Shown: positions 9,806 through 19,856 of the stretch, piece by piece
Numbering within the stretch: the stretch's first letter is position 1
How the letters are laid out: each line of letters begins with the position of its first letter
Origin: an uncultured Chloroflexia bacterium
Lineage (GTDB): Bacteria > Chloroflexota > UBA6077 > JACCZL01
Assembly (NCBI GenBank): GCA_963765765.1
Contig: CAVXYC010000017.1
Location: 1 to 64,000 of the forward strand
Direction: 5' to 3'
DNA length: 64,000 nucleotides
Position numbers and translations under genes: made by a program
Notes under the pieces: model-generated
What the model was told of the DNA's origin: nothing
Database searches by the model: none
What the model saw: only the letters and a program-made list of their open reading frames with translations

Positions 9806-11458
9806 CTACATCTTTTCAGGTGTGGAAACGCCGATCAGCTTGAGGGAATTGGCCAACACGATCTGGCAGGCTCGAACCAGCGCCAGTCGCGCCTGAGTGA
9901 GAGGGATGTCATCGGAGAGCACACGGCAGTCACGGTAGAAAGCGTGGAACGCACTCGCCACTTCTTGAGCATAGTAAGGCAGATGGTGCGGTGCGAGCGT
10001 CGTGGCTGCAAGCTCGATCACTTCAGGGAGCTGGCCCATCTTACGTAGGAGTGCGAGCTCAGACTCGTGCTCCAGGAGCGCAAGGTTCACTTCGCCAGCT
10101 TCGATCTCCTCAGCACTCCGTAGGATGCTGCAAACGCGCGCGTGAGCGTACTGCACGTAGTAGACGGGATTGTCGTTCGACTGCTGCTTCGCCAGGTCCA
10201 GGTCGAAATCCATCATGGCGTCGGCAGACCGCGCAACGAGGAAAAATCGGACAGCGTCCGATCCTACGTCGTCTAGCACTTCGCCCAGCGTTACGAATTC
10301 TCCGGTGCGCTTCCCCATACGTACTGGCTTTCCGTCGCGCACCAGGTTGACCAGTTGATAGATCATCAGTGTCAATCGATCCGGATCAATCCCGAGAGCT
10401 CCAACGACGGCCTTCATTCGCGGCACGTGGCCCTGGTGATCGGCAGACCAGACATCGATCACTCGATCAAACCCACGTGAAATGAACTTGTCATAGTGGT
10501 AGGCGATGTCAGATGCGAAGTAGGTGGGCTGTCCGTTGCTGCGGACGAGCACGTTGTCTTTGTCCTCTCCCAGATCTGAAGAAGCGAACCACACGGCTCC
10601 GTCACGCTCGGTTACGTGACCCTTCTGACGTAACAGATTCATCGTCTGCTGATACGTGCCGTCGTCATAGAGACTGCGCTCCGAAAACCAGACGTCGAAC
10701 CGCACGTTCATCCGCTCGAGGTCGGCACCAATGCGTTTCTGCATCTCCTCGATGGCAACATCGGAGATCTCGGTCAGCGCCTGTTCGCGTGGAATAGTCA
10801 GGAAATAGTTGCCTCGTGAATCAACGAGTGACTGGGCCAGCTCGATAACATAGTCGCCCGGGTAGCCATTCTCCGGAAACGGCTCATCTACGTTGAGCAG
10901 CTCGCAATATCGAGCGAACACGCTGGCCCCAAGCGCGCCGATCTGGGAGCCCGCGTCATTTACGTAGTACTCGCGATCCACGTCGTACCCCGCCGCGGTG
11001 AGGACGTTCCCCAGACTATCGCCGAGGGCAGCGTTTCGGCCGGCCCCTACATGCAGTGGTCCCGTGGGATTCGCGCTCACGAACTCAATCTGCACCTTCT
11101 GGCCAGTCCCTAGATCGCATGAGCCGTACGAGGCACCGGCTTCCAGCACCTCCGGAACACGATCTCTGAGCCACTCGTTCGAGAGTGTGATGTTGATGAA
11201 CCCGGGGGGCGCCACCTCCACCGCGGCAACCGAGCGCGGCATCTCGATATGTCGGGTGATTGCCCCGGCAATCGCCAGAGGCGCCATTCCAGCCGCGCGC
11301 GCCAGGCGGAGTGCCAGGTTCGCGGCGAAATCGCCGTGGGACGTGTTCTGGGGATGCTGCAGTGTGATCTCAGGAACGGGCACAGCGGGTAGGTCGCCGG
11401 CAGATTGCGCCCGCTCCATGGCTGACCGGAGCATTGCTCGCAGGTCGGTGGTAATCAT
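9806..11458 (-). CDS. argS: Arginine--tRNA ligase
   Basis: HGDFAAN, EFVSANPTGPLHVG, MGKRTG, NPVYYVQYAHAR. Confidence 0.97.
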   Translation of the reverse strand: MITTDLRAMLRSAMERAQSAGDLPAVPVPEITLQHPQNTSHGDFAANLALRLARAAGMAPLAIAGAITRHIEMPRSVAAVEVAPPGFINITLSNEWLRDRVPEVLEAGASYGSCDLGTGQKVQIEFVSANPTGPLHVGAGRNAALGDSLGNVLTAAGYDVDREYYVNDAGSQIGALGASVFARYCELLNVDEPFPENGYPGDYVIELAQSLVDSRGNYFLTIPREQALTEISDVAIEEMQKRIGADLERMNVRFDVWFSERSLYDDGTYQQTMNLLRQKGHVTERDGAVWFASSDLGEDKDNVLVRSNGQPTYFASDIAYHYDKFISRGFDRVIDVWSADHQGHVPRMKAVVGALGIDPDRLTLMIYQLVNLVRDGKPVRMGKRTGEFVTLGEVLDDVGSDAVRFFLVARSADAMMDFDLDLAKQQSNDNPVYYVQYAHARVCSILRSAEEIEAGEVNLALLEHESELALLRKMGQLPEVIELAATTLAPHHLPYYAQEVASAFHAFYRDCRVLSDDIPLTQARLALVRACQIVLANSLKLIGVSTPEKM

Positions 11459-11576
11459 GAACGCCTCGACGTGTGGTTCAGCGGCTGTGAGGGAGTATAG
11501 ATGATGGGTCAGGGGCGGCCTTGATCCCCCGGGGATTGGCGAATTCCTCAAAGAAGTCTTCAGTCAACGCGCAATG

Positions 11577-11607
11577 AAAACGCCATCCGTCGAGCAGACG
11601 GATGGCG
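11577..11607 (-). terminator. Intrinsic terminator downstream of the glycosidase pair
   Basis: CGCCATCCGTC-loop-GACGGATGGCG hairpin followed by TTTT on the minus strand. Confidence 0.75.
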
Positions 11608-11635
11608 CTCCTTGCTTACCAGGAATGCTAAAGAA

Positions 11636-12946
11636 TTACGGCTCTGCGGCCGGACTTGACACCGGTGCCGCCACGCCAGCGGACGCAGCCTCAGCCGACG
11701 CCATCGGCGGACGTGGAATCAACCCCGGCAGCGTCCCCTTAAGCGCGTCGTACGCCGGGCGTGATGTCCCATCTGGATTCAATATTGACCAGTAGTACTG
11801 CTCTTCACTCGGTCCCCAGGCGGGATCCGGGATGTAGATCATTGTCATGTGGCCGATCCACGGGGCCCAGTTCGCCTTGGCGTACTCGACGGCCCGGTTC
11901 AGGTACTGACCCTTCTCATCCTCGGTCACCGCGTGCCAGGTGTATGGCGAGTTCGGGCGAACATCGCTCGTCCATCCCATCTCCATGATGCTCATCTGCT
12001 TTTCGGTATCGCCGTTATCTACCATGATCTTGCGCATGTCTTCCGCGTGACGGAACGCATAGGCACGCCGAAACTCCTCGGCACTGGGGTCGTTGTTGTT
12101 GAACTGCGGGTTCCGAGCCACCTCGGCGGGATCGATTTCAGGGGGTGCTTTGAAGCCCGGCGCATGCACGCCAAGGGTGTCGAAGTACTGCTTGGCGCCC
12201 GCTTGATACATCTCGTTCAAGAAGAGCGTGTCGGCGCGTGCCCGCTCGGAAATTTCAGTGGTGGGCGAGAGACCGGCTGAGAGTACGAGCGCCTGCGGGT
12301 CGACCTTCTTGATGGCTGTATAGCTCACCCCCAGCATCTCAGTGTAGGCAACCGCGTCAGGCTGAACATTGCCCCACTCGCGCGAGATGTTGGGCTCGTT
12401 CCAGACTTCGTACGCCTGGATCTTGCCCTTGTAACGCTCGGCGAGCGCCTCGACGTAGTCTTTCCAGTCTTCCATCTTGTCGGGCGGGCCACTTGCCGGG
12501 AAGATGCGGTCGCGCCGGGCCCAGTCGGGCTGATTGTCGATTCGGGCAATGATGCCCAGTCCGGCCTGGTTGATTGTGTTTACGATGCGGTCGGGCTCGT
12601 TCCATTCAAAGGAGTTCTTGCGAGTTTTCTCGATGTTGCGCCACTCAAAGCGCTGCTTGACCCAGGTGAAACCGGCATCCTTAGCTGCTGCCAGATCTCT
12701 ATCTGTGGTGTCAAAGTTACCCCAGAGGAACACGTGAACCGCCGGTGATGGGCTGGCCACTTTGCCGCCCTCGACGAGCTGGACGATGGGGGCCGCGATG
12801 ACAGGAGTTGCGGCCCGGCCTGCGCTGGCAGTGCGCTCAGCGGTTGGTTTGGCCGCGGCAGGCTGGCGAGCACCGCCTCCGGGTGAGCATGCAACGAGGG
12901 CCACACTCAGAGCCGCGAACAGCGGCAGCACTGCTCGTTGGAGCAA
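11636..12946 (-). CDS. Lipoprotein glycoside hydrolase, clan GH-A (GH39/GH5-like)
   Basis: Lipobox LVAC; YEVWNEPN acid/base motif; IMEMGW nucleophile motif; FDTLGVHAPG. Confidence 0.8.
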   Translation of the reverse strand: MLQRAVLPLFAALSVALVACSPGGGARQPAAAKPTAERTASAGRAATPVIAAPIVQLVEGGKVASPSPAVHVFLWGNFDTTDRDLAAAKDAGFTWVKQRFEWRNIEKTRKNSFEWNEPDRIVNTINQAGLGIIARIDNQPDWARRDRIFPASGPPDKMEDWKDYVEALAERYKGKIQAYEVWNEPNISREWGNVQPDAVAYTEMLGVSYTAIKKVDPQALVLSAGLSPTTEISERARADTLFLNEMYQAGAKQYFDTLGVHAPGFKAPPEIDPAEVARNPQFNNNDPSAEEFRRAYAFRHAEDMRKIMVDNGDTEKQMSIMEMGWTSDVRPNSPYTWHAVTEDEKGQYLNRAVEYAKANWAPWIGHMTMIYIPDPAWGPSEEQYYWSILNPDGTSRPAYDALKGTLPGLIPRPPMASAEAASAGVAAPVSSPAAEP

Positions 12947-13079
12947 CAGTCAGAACCTCCTGTGAAAGGCGCAAGGTTGAAATTCGGTGCCACTATAGGG
13001 TGGCGCCAGTCCCCAGTGCCACCTTCGGGTGTCAATTGCAGCGGCTTCGAATGCATACTGCCGGGAAGTTACGACGGGT

Positions 13080-15125
13080 CTATTTCAGCGGGCCGTCTCT
13101 ACGGGCTTGCTGAAGCTTGGTATATGCCGGCCGCGGAGAGCCATCAGGATTGGTGACACTCCACCACAGCTCCTCGCGATCCGGACCCCAGTTCGGGTCA
13201 GCCATGTTCCAAAGTGTCATGACTCCAATCCATGGAGCCCAATTGTTTTTGGCCCACAGGTAGGCATCAACCAGGTACTGTGCATGAGTTTCTGGCGTTA
13301 CGGCGAACCAGGAGTACTCTGGATGGACCTTGTCAGTCGTCCACCCGAATTCCAGCAGCCAGATCTGCTTATCGGCGTCTCCGTTCCTCACCATGACATT
13401 GCGGAGATCTTCAACGCGTCTGAAGGTGAAGACCCCGCAGCCATTGTTCTTGTCGAGTGATTCCTGAGTGGAGGCACTTGGTGGTTTGTCATAGCCTGCG
13501 CCGTGGGCCCCGAGCACATCGAAGTAGCCCTTTGCACCGGCGTCGTACATCCATTGAATGTACTTGTCGTCCGGTCGAGCCCGGTCATTGTCGGTGCACG
13601 TCGGCGACATGCCCGCAGTGATCACGGTGATGGCCGGGTCCGCTTCTTTGGCAGCGGTGTAGGCGAGCTTCAGCAGTCGAACGTAGTCCTTGGCCGAAGA
13701 CTCGTTGATGACCGCGCCACCCCATTCACGATCGAGATTCGGCTCATTCCAAATCTCAATCGCATTGACCTCGCCGAGTGACGAGCCGGATTTGTAGCGG
13801 TCGACGATTGCCTTCACGAAGTCCGCAAAGTCCTCGTACTTGTCGGGTGGACCGTTGTGATGCTTCGCTGTTCGAGCCCAATCGGGTTGGAAGTCGACGC
13901 GCGCGATCGTCTTGATACCCGCCTTGGTCGCGGCGGAAACGATTCGGTCTGACTCACTCCAATCGTAGGTGCCCTTCCTGTCTGGTTCAATGAGCCGCCA
14001 CTGGAAGAGCGTCTTTTGCCAGCCGAAGTTCGCGCGCTTGATGTTGTCCAGATCGCGGTCCGTCGTGCTCTCGTGGCCCCAGAGAAATACATTCATTCCG
14101 TATTCAGGACTCTCAGCTCGATAAGGTTCGGAACGAACGGTGCGAGAGCTAGTCGTTGCCGGCGTCTCATTATTCGAGCGCCGATCGTCGTTGGAGTTGG
14201 AGGCCGGTGTCGCCTGCGCACTCGGGGGGGTGGTCGTTCCCGCGTTCGTGGATGGACGGTCGTTAACGAACGCATTCGTCATATCTGTGCCATCCATTTC
14301 TGCGACGTTCGGCCGCTTGACACTCTTCGATGATCCGGCATCGTATTGCCTGAGAAGCGGACTGTCTTTGGCTTCCTGCTCGAGGTCCGCGGGGAGGTTA
14401 TCGCCCGTAATCAGGCTTTTTAAGATATCGCCCAGCAACGCCCCCTGGGTGCATTTGCAGGTGTCGTCGTAGTGGGCGATGCGCCGCTGAAACCGCTGGT
14501 ATACGAAATTGTTGTTTTTCGGGTCGCGTGCCGGTTCGGACGTAGGTGCGCCCCAGATCTCGAGATTGAGTAGCGGCAGTAAGCTTTCCGGGCCGTTACG
14601 GGTCGGGAACGCGTCCGCGTAGGCTACTGTGGTGGAAAATGTCCGGAAGAAATTGACCGGCAAGCCCTCCCACGTGTCGGGAGCGACTCGACTCGTGTAT
14701 TTCGTGATGGAGTTGGCGTAATCAGACGATCCCGGAGGCGGGGTCTCCTGCAACACGGTTGCGCTGGCAGCGGGAAACGTTGATCCATTCACGTGCGTGT
14801 AGGGCATCAGACCATCGTCCAGGATGTTCATGACCTGCACGCCGTTGGGCGCTTCCTGCAACACCGCGCGTTGGAAGAATTGAACCATCTGGCCGCGAAA
14901 CACGAATTCACGTGAGACCGGGAAGCCGAAGGTTCGTGTTGCGCCGCGATGCTGAAAGAAGTCCCAGAATTTGTCGTTCGCTACGCGGTAGTTGGTTTCA
15001 CTGAAGAAGCGCGCATCTTCCTGGGCTTCCGTTTTCAGGGAGGTAGATGGCGCAAGCGTGAGAAGGACTGCAGAAATCAGGGCTCCGCCCATAATTGCAG
15101 AGCGGAATATGGGTACTGAGGTCAA
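13080..15125 (-). CDS. Secreted GH-A glycoside hydrolase with an N-terminal accessory domain and a Thr/Ser-rich linker
   Basis: TTG 15125 after GGAGG; signal-peptide-like N-terminus; IEIWNEPN, LLEFGW; paralogous to the neighbouring gene. Confidence 0.78.
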   Translation of the reverse strand: MTSVPIFRSAIMGGALISAVLLTLAPSTSLKTEAQEDARFFSETNYRVANDKFWDFFQHRGATRTFGFPVSREFVFRGQMVQFFQRAVLQEAPNGVQVMNILDDGLMPYTHVNGSTFPAASATVLQETPPPGSSDYANSITKYTSRVAPDTWEGLPVNFFRTFSTTVAYADAFPTRNGPESLLPLLNLEIWGAPTSEPARDPKNNNFVYQRFQRRIAHYDDTCKCTQGALLGDILKSLITGDNLPADLEQEAKDSPLLRQYDAGSSKSVKRPNVAEMDGTDMTNAFVNDRPSTNAGTTTPPSAQATPASNSNDDRRSNNETPATTSSRTVRSEPYRAESPEYGMNVFLWGHESTTDRDLDNIKRANFGWQKTLFQWRLIEPDRKGTYDWSESDRIVSAATKAGIKTIARVDFQPDWARTAKHHNGPPDKYEDFADFVKAIVDRYKSGSSLGEVNAIEIWNEPNLDREWGGAVINESSAKDYVRLLKLAYTAAKEADPAITVITAGMSPTCTDNDRARPDDKYIQWMYDAGAKGYFDVLGAHGAGYDKPPSASTQESLDKNNGCGVFTFRRVEDLRNVMVRNGDADKQIWLLEFGWTTDKVHPEYSWFAVTPETHAQYLVDAYLWAKNNWAPWIGVMTLWNMADPNWGPDREELWWSVTNPDGSPRPAYTKLQQARRDGPLK

Positions 15126-15263
15126 AACTACCTCCGGCGAGAACTCGACCCGCGCGCATTCGCGCATTAACGAACCGTTACGTGGCGAGTTTCGCCAGCG
15201 CGCAATATTAGCCGCCGGAGATTCTGGGGGCAATCCAATGGCCCGGGAAATGTGCGATAAATT

Positions 15264-16365
15264 TTACAATCCGCTGCTGGATGACATGCTTCGCGCTCGA
15301 TTCCACCGCGCCGGAGCCGATGGATAGCTGGCGGCCCGAAACACCGGGTAGGCCATCCGTGTGCGATTGGTCTGGAAGTACCCGCGCTCGGTGGCCACGT
15401 CGCCCGGGACGCCTCGTCGCGGGCGCAGATCGTGCAGGCGCTCCAGGAACCGCGCGGCGCCCTGCTCGTACAGCACCGGGAGACTCGCCGCGGCCCAGGC
15501 CGTCGCCGCGGTGGTGCCCTCGCCGTAGACCGCCCGCGCCACGGTCCAGAGGTGCTCGCTGGCGTGGTACCAGTCAACGATCTCGATACGCTCGCCGAAG
15601 TGCTCCGCGCGGCGGTCCAGATCCAGCGCGCCCGTCGCCGAGCACGAGCACCCGCCGCAGCGTGGCGATGCCCGGGCTGACGCCACTGCACGCGTAGCTG
15701 ACTTCCTCCAAGCCGCCGCGGCGCGCCACTCGGCGCCCCAGCGCCGACCCCATGCATCCCGTCCGGCGCGCGCCGCTACGTAGCTCGGCGCACGCAGGCG
15801 CTGCTGCTCGCGCGGCAGTCCGCGTTCCACCCGCCGACCACCGCCAGTTTCACCTCATGCCACCCGTCTCGATAGCGCACCAGCACGCCATCGGTCTCAG
15901 CGACCAGCTGGTCCGGAGCGGGATCGACTGGGCCGACGGGGCCTTGGTCCGGTCGACGGTGGCGGCGTCCTCCTGGAGCTGGGCGTCGAGCGCCTGGCCG
16001 GCGGCTTCGGTGAGGCTGCGCAGCGTCTCGGGACTGACGGGCACGCCGGTCAATGTGGCGAGCTGCGCACCGGCCGTGGCGAAGGGCAGCAGCGTGCCCA
16101 GGGACACCAGCCATGCCTGGAGGCTGGTGCTGCTGCGCTGCTGCGGCGGCACGCCGAGCGTGCGATCGGTCGGACTCCAGCACTGCCGGGCAGGCCGAGC
16201 ACTGAGCCCAGGGCCGCTCCCACTGGATCGGTCCACAGGTGGTCTGCAACTGCCGTCGACGCCAGCCGCGCACGCGCGCAAGCGCGCCGCACTCCGGGCA
16301 CCGGGGCCGATCGCGTTGCTGGCCGGGATCGAGGCTGCGTTGGGTGACGCGACCACATGCTCGAT
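15264..16365 (-). mobile_element. Degraded ISKra4/ISLre2-like (UPF0236) DDE transposase remnant
   Basis: Across frames: CPECG...CSAC Zn ribbon, ETDGV..RYRDGWHEVK, IVDWYHASEHLW, YFQTNRTRMAY, IGSGAVESSAKHVIQQR (then truncated); visibly higher GC than the flanks; several frameshifts; no terminal inverted repeats found. Confidence 0.8.
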
Positions 16366-16368
16366 GTC

Positions 16369-16397
16369 TTTACAGAAGTGTGGATCCGTTCTAGAAT
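16369..16397 (+). promoter_or_regulatory. Sigma70-type promoter for greA
   Basis: TTTACA-17 bp-TAGAAT. Confidence 0.55.
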
Positions 16398-16409
16398 GAC
16401 GGATCGGCG

Positions 16410-16441
16410 AGGGACTGGTGGCTATAGCTGCCGGTCCTTTT
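16410..16441 (+). terminator. Terminator-like hairpin in the greA leader
   Basis: GGACTGGTGGC-TATA-GCTGCCGGTCC followed by TTTT. Confidence 0.55.
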
Positions 16442-16498
16442 GAATTGGTCTCAATTCGCCGCAGCCCGTACTTGTGAAGCGGGCCATCAGGAGCAGAG

Positions 16499-16966
16499 AT
16501 GGCTGACCGCCAGGTGTACCTCACACGCGATGGTTATGACCGGCTCGTCCAGGAGCTCGCGGAGCTCCGTCTCGACAAGCGCCCGCAGATTGAGGAGCGT
16601 ATCCGGCTCGCGAAAGAGCTTTCCGATACGGTCGACAATGCCGAGTACGATGGAGCGAAGCAGGAGCAGTCGTTCGTGGAAGGGCGCATTCAGGAGCTCG
16701 AGCAGCTCTTAGCCGATGCGGAGATGATCGAAGAGCATCCATCTACCGACTTCGTTCGCCTTGGCTCCAGGGTAACTGTCGTTGGGTCCGATGACGAACG
16801 TGAGGATTACACTATCGTCGGATCAGCCGAAGCAGACCCGAAGCGCGGCTTTGTCTCAAACGAATCGCCTGTCGGCCGATCGCTCATGGGGCGGAAAGTG
16901 GGCGACGAGGTCACGATCGTGGCGCCTGGCGGTAGCTTCACTGTTCGGATCGAATTGATTCGATAG
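16499..16966 (+). CDS. greA: Transcription elongation factor GreA
   Basis: DNAEYDGAKQEQ, EGRIQELE, SNESPVGRSL. Confidence 0.95.
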   Translation: MADRQVYLTRDGYDRLVQELAELRLDKRPQIEERIRLAKELSDTVDNAEYDGAKQEQSFVEGRIQELEQLLADAEMIEEHPSTDFVRLGSRVTVVGSDDEREDYTIVGSAEADPKRGFVSNESPVGRSLMGRKVGDEVTIVAPGGSFTVRIELIR

Positions 16967-17030
16967 CGGATCCCGCTCGTCCACTGGGCCATTGATATTT
17001 CCCGAGCTTGTACGAAGGGGCATCGCCTCC

Positions 17031-18527
17031 ATGGCGGAGCATGTGGATTCTGAGGAAACTGGGCAAAGTCGGCTTCGCGACCAGCGTGTCGCGAAGCTCA
17101 ATGAGCTGCGCAATGAGCTGGGACACGAGCCGTATCCGGCGCGTGTTCCGCGCACGCACACGACTCGGGCAGTGTTGGACGGCTTCACCGACGAGGAGCA
17201 GCAGCGCGCGGTCACTGTTGCCGGGCGGATCGTCGGCGGTATTCGCGGTATGGGCAAGTCGACGTTTCTCCACATTCAAGACGGCGAAGGTCGACTACAG
17301 CTTTACTTCAAGAGCGACGTACTGGGGCCGGAGAAGTACAACGGCCTGCTAAAGCAGCTCGACGTAGGTGATTTCGTCTACGCCACCGGTACACCGTTCA
17401 AGACTCGAGCGGGGGAGATCACGGTGAGCGTCCAGGATTTTGGCGTCGCGTCCAAGTCCCTTCGCCCCTTGCCGGAAAAGTGGCACGGTCTAACAGACGT
17501 GGAGACCCGCTATCGTCAGCGTTACCTTGACCTCACCGTCAATCGCGAAGTGTTCGACCTGTTCAAGGTGCGTGGCCGAGCCATCCAGGCTGTGCGCGAG
17601 TACCTTCACGATCTGGACTTTCTCGAGGTCGAGACGCCGGTGCTCCAGCCATTGCCGGGCGGCGCTGCCGCGCGTCCATTCGAGACCCACTACAACGCTC
17701 TAGACCGCATGCTCTACCTGCGAATCGCGCTCGAGCTCTATCTCAAGCGCTGCATCATCGGCGGTTACGAGAGGGTTTACGAGATCGGGCGGGTATTTCG
17801 GAATGAGGGCGTCTCTGCCAAGCACAATCCCGAATTCACGATGCTCGAGCTCTATCAAGCCTACACTGACTATGAAGACATCATGGTGCTCACGGAGCAG
17901 CTTATTGCCTCCGTGGCCGAGCGCGTCCTGGGTACGACGCGAGTGGAACGTGAAGACGCGGTCATCGATTTAGCGCCACCGTGGACTCGACTCTCGCTCC
18001 GTCAGGCGATCCTGGCACAGTCCGGGATCGACTATGAAGCCTTCGAGAATATTGATGACCTGCGCACCGCGGCAAGAAAGGCGGGTTTGCCAGCAGAGTC
18101 GGATTGGAATCGCGCCAAGCTGATTGATGAGCTCCTCACGGTCTTTGTCGAGCCCAAGCTTATCCAGCCTACTTTTCTCATTGGGTACCCAGTGGAGCTC
18201 TCGCCTCTGGCGAAACGGAATCCCGATCGACCCAACGAGGTGGAGCGGTTCGAAGGATTCATCGGCGGAATGGAGGTTGCCAACGCATTCTCCGAGCTGA
18301 ACGACCCGATAGATCAGGCAGCGCGATTTCAGGAGCAAGCCGAGATGCGCGCGGCTGGAGATGACGAGGCGCAGCTTCTGGATCAGGATTTCCTGGAGGC
18401 GCTGGAATATGGAATGCCGCCCACGGGCGGTCTCGGTATCGGTATCGATCGGCTGGTCATGATCTTGACGGGCCGGCATTCCATTCGTGAAGTCGTCCTA
18501 TTCCCACAGCTCCGAACGAGGCTCTGA
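17031..18527 (+). CDS. lysS: Lysine--tRNA ligase (class II)
   Basis: LPEKWHGL, RYRQRYLDL, FRNEG..HNPEF, YGMPPTGGLGIGIDRL. Confidence 0.97.
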   Translation: MAEHVDSEETGQSRLRDQRVAKLNELRNELGHEPYPARVPRTHTTRAVLDGFTDEEQQRAVTVAGRIVGGIRGMGKSTFLHIQDGEGRLQLYFKSDVLGPEKYNGLLKQLDVGDFVYATGTPFKTRAGEITVSVQDFGVASKSLRPLPEKWHGLTDVETRYRQRYLDLTVNREVFDLFKVRGRAIQAVREYLHDLDFLEVETPVLQPLPGGAAARPFETHYNALDRMLYLRIALELYLKRCIIGGYERVYEIGRVFRNEGVSAKHNPEFTMLELYQAYTDYEDIMVLTEQLIASVAERVLGTTRVEREDAVIDLAPPWTRLSLRQAILAQSGIDYEAFENIDDLRTAARKAGLPAESDWNRAKLIDELLTVFVEPKLIQPTFLIGYPVELSPLAKRNPDRPNEVERFEGFIGGMEVANAFSELNDPIDQAARFQEQAEMRAAGDDEAQLLDQDFLEALEYGMPPTGGLGIGIDRLVMILTGRHSIREVVLFPQLRTRL

Positions 18528-18529
18528 CG

Positions 18530-19795
18530 ATGCTGGCGATAGCGACCATTCGACAACGTCCGGACGATGTGCGGACTGCGATGACCAATCGTGGCGAGGA
18601 TCCTTCACTGATCGATCATATCCTCGATCTGGACCAAAGAAATCGATCGGTGGTTCAGGAGCTCGAGGGGCTGCGGGCCAAGCAGAACCAAGTGAGCAGG
18701 CAGCTTTCGGGTCAGAAGGAGAGGTCGCCTGAGCAATTGGAGGAGATGCGCGCGTTGCGCGATCGCGTTCGCGAGCTGGATGCACAGGCCGACGCTCTGA
18801 AAGCTGAGCTTGATGTCCTTCTCCTTCAGGTCCCCAATCTGCCGTCGCCTGAGGTTCCGATTGGACCCGGCGAAGAGGGAAATCGCGTGGTGGGGGTAGA
18901 GGGCAAGCCGCGGACCTACGATTTCGAGCCGAAGCCGCACTGGGAGCTGGGTGAAGCTCTGGCCATCATCGATTTCGAGCGCGGAGCCAAGCTCACGGGC
19001 AGCCGCTTCTATCACCTGCGTGGTGAAGGAGCCCGCCTCCAGCGCGGCTTGATAACGTGGCTGCTCGACGTTCACACGCGGGAATATGGCTATTTAGAGA
19101 TCTATCCGCCGTATCTTGTGCGGGAGAACGTCATGGTGGGAAGCGGGCAGCTCCCAAAGTTCTATGACAATCTCTACCGCGACGCCGAAGAGGACCTTTT
19201 CCTCATTCCAACGGCCGAGGTCGTACTGGTGAATCTGCACCGCGACGAGATACTTCCGCCGGATACATTGCCGTTGAGCTACACGGCGTTCACAGCGTGC
19301 TTCCGACGGGAGAAGATGTCCGCCGGGCGAGATGTGCGCGGGATCAAGCGCGGTCACCAATTTGACAAGGTCGAGCTCGTCCGGGTGGTGGCACCTGAGG
19401 ATTCCGAGCAGGCTCTGTTCCAGATGGTTGAGCACGTGGAGCACGTGCTGGACATGCTGGGGCTTCCACGCCGACGCCTCGAGCTGTGTACTGGCGATCT
19501 CGGGTTCGGGATGCAGCGCACGTTCGATCTGGAAATCTGGTCGCCGGGCGTGGCTGAGTGGTTGGAAGTGTCGAGCTGCTCCAACGCCGGAGACTTCCAG
19601 GCGAGACGGGCAAACATCCGTTTCCGTCGGGCCGCGGGCGACCGTCCGCAGTTCGTCCACACACTTAATGGATCGGGTCTCGGGATACCGCGCACGCTAC
19701 TGGCCATCATGGAGACTTATCAGCAGGCAGATGGCAGTATCGACGTCCCGGAAGTGCTTCGACCCTACATGGGTGGGGTTACCCGGATCGGCTGA
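18530..19795 (+). CDS. serS: Serine--tRNA ligase
   Basis: LIPTAEV, CFRRE, HQFDKVE, EVSSCSN, HTLNGSGL. Confidence 0.97.
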   Translation: MLAIATIRQRPDDVRTAMTNRGEDPSLIDHILDLDQRNRSVVQELEGLRAKQNQVSRQLSGQKERSPEQLEEMRALRDRVRELDAQADALKAELDVLLLQVPNLPSPEVPIGPGEEGNRVVGVEGKPRTYDFEPKPHWELGEALAIIDFERGAKLTGSRFYHLRGEGARLQRGLITWLLDVHTREYGYLEIYPPYLVRENVMVGSGQLPKFYDNLYRDAEEDLFLIPTAEVVLVNLHRDEILPPDTLPLSYTAFTACFRREKMSAGRDVRGIKRGHQFDKVELVRVVAPEDSEQALFQMVEHVEHVLDMLGLPRRRLELCTGDLGFGMQRTFDLEIWSPGVAEWLEVSSCSNAGDFQARRANIRFRRAAGDRPQFVHTLNGSGLGIPRTLLAIMETYQQADGSIDVPEVLRPYMGGVTRIG

Positions 19796-19856
19796 TCTTG
19801 GCAACTTTCAGGATCAATTGACGCTGCATTTTGCTGTTGAATAGGATGCACGCACC

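Noticed and set aside
11459-11575. T-box leader before argS (also checked before alaS, lysS and glyQS)
   Set aside because: No GGTGGNACCGCG-type T-box motif was seen.
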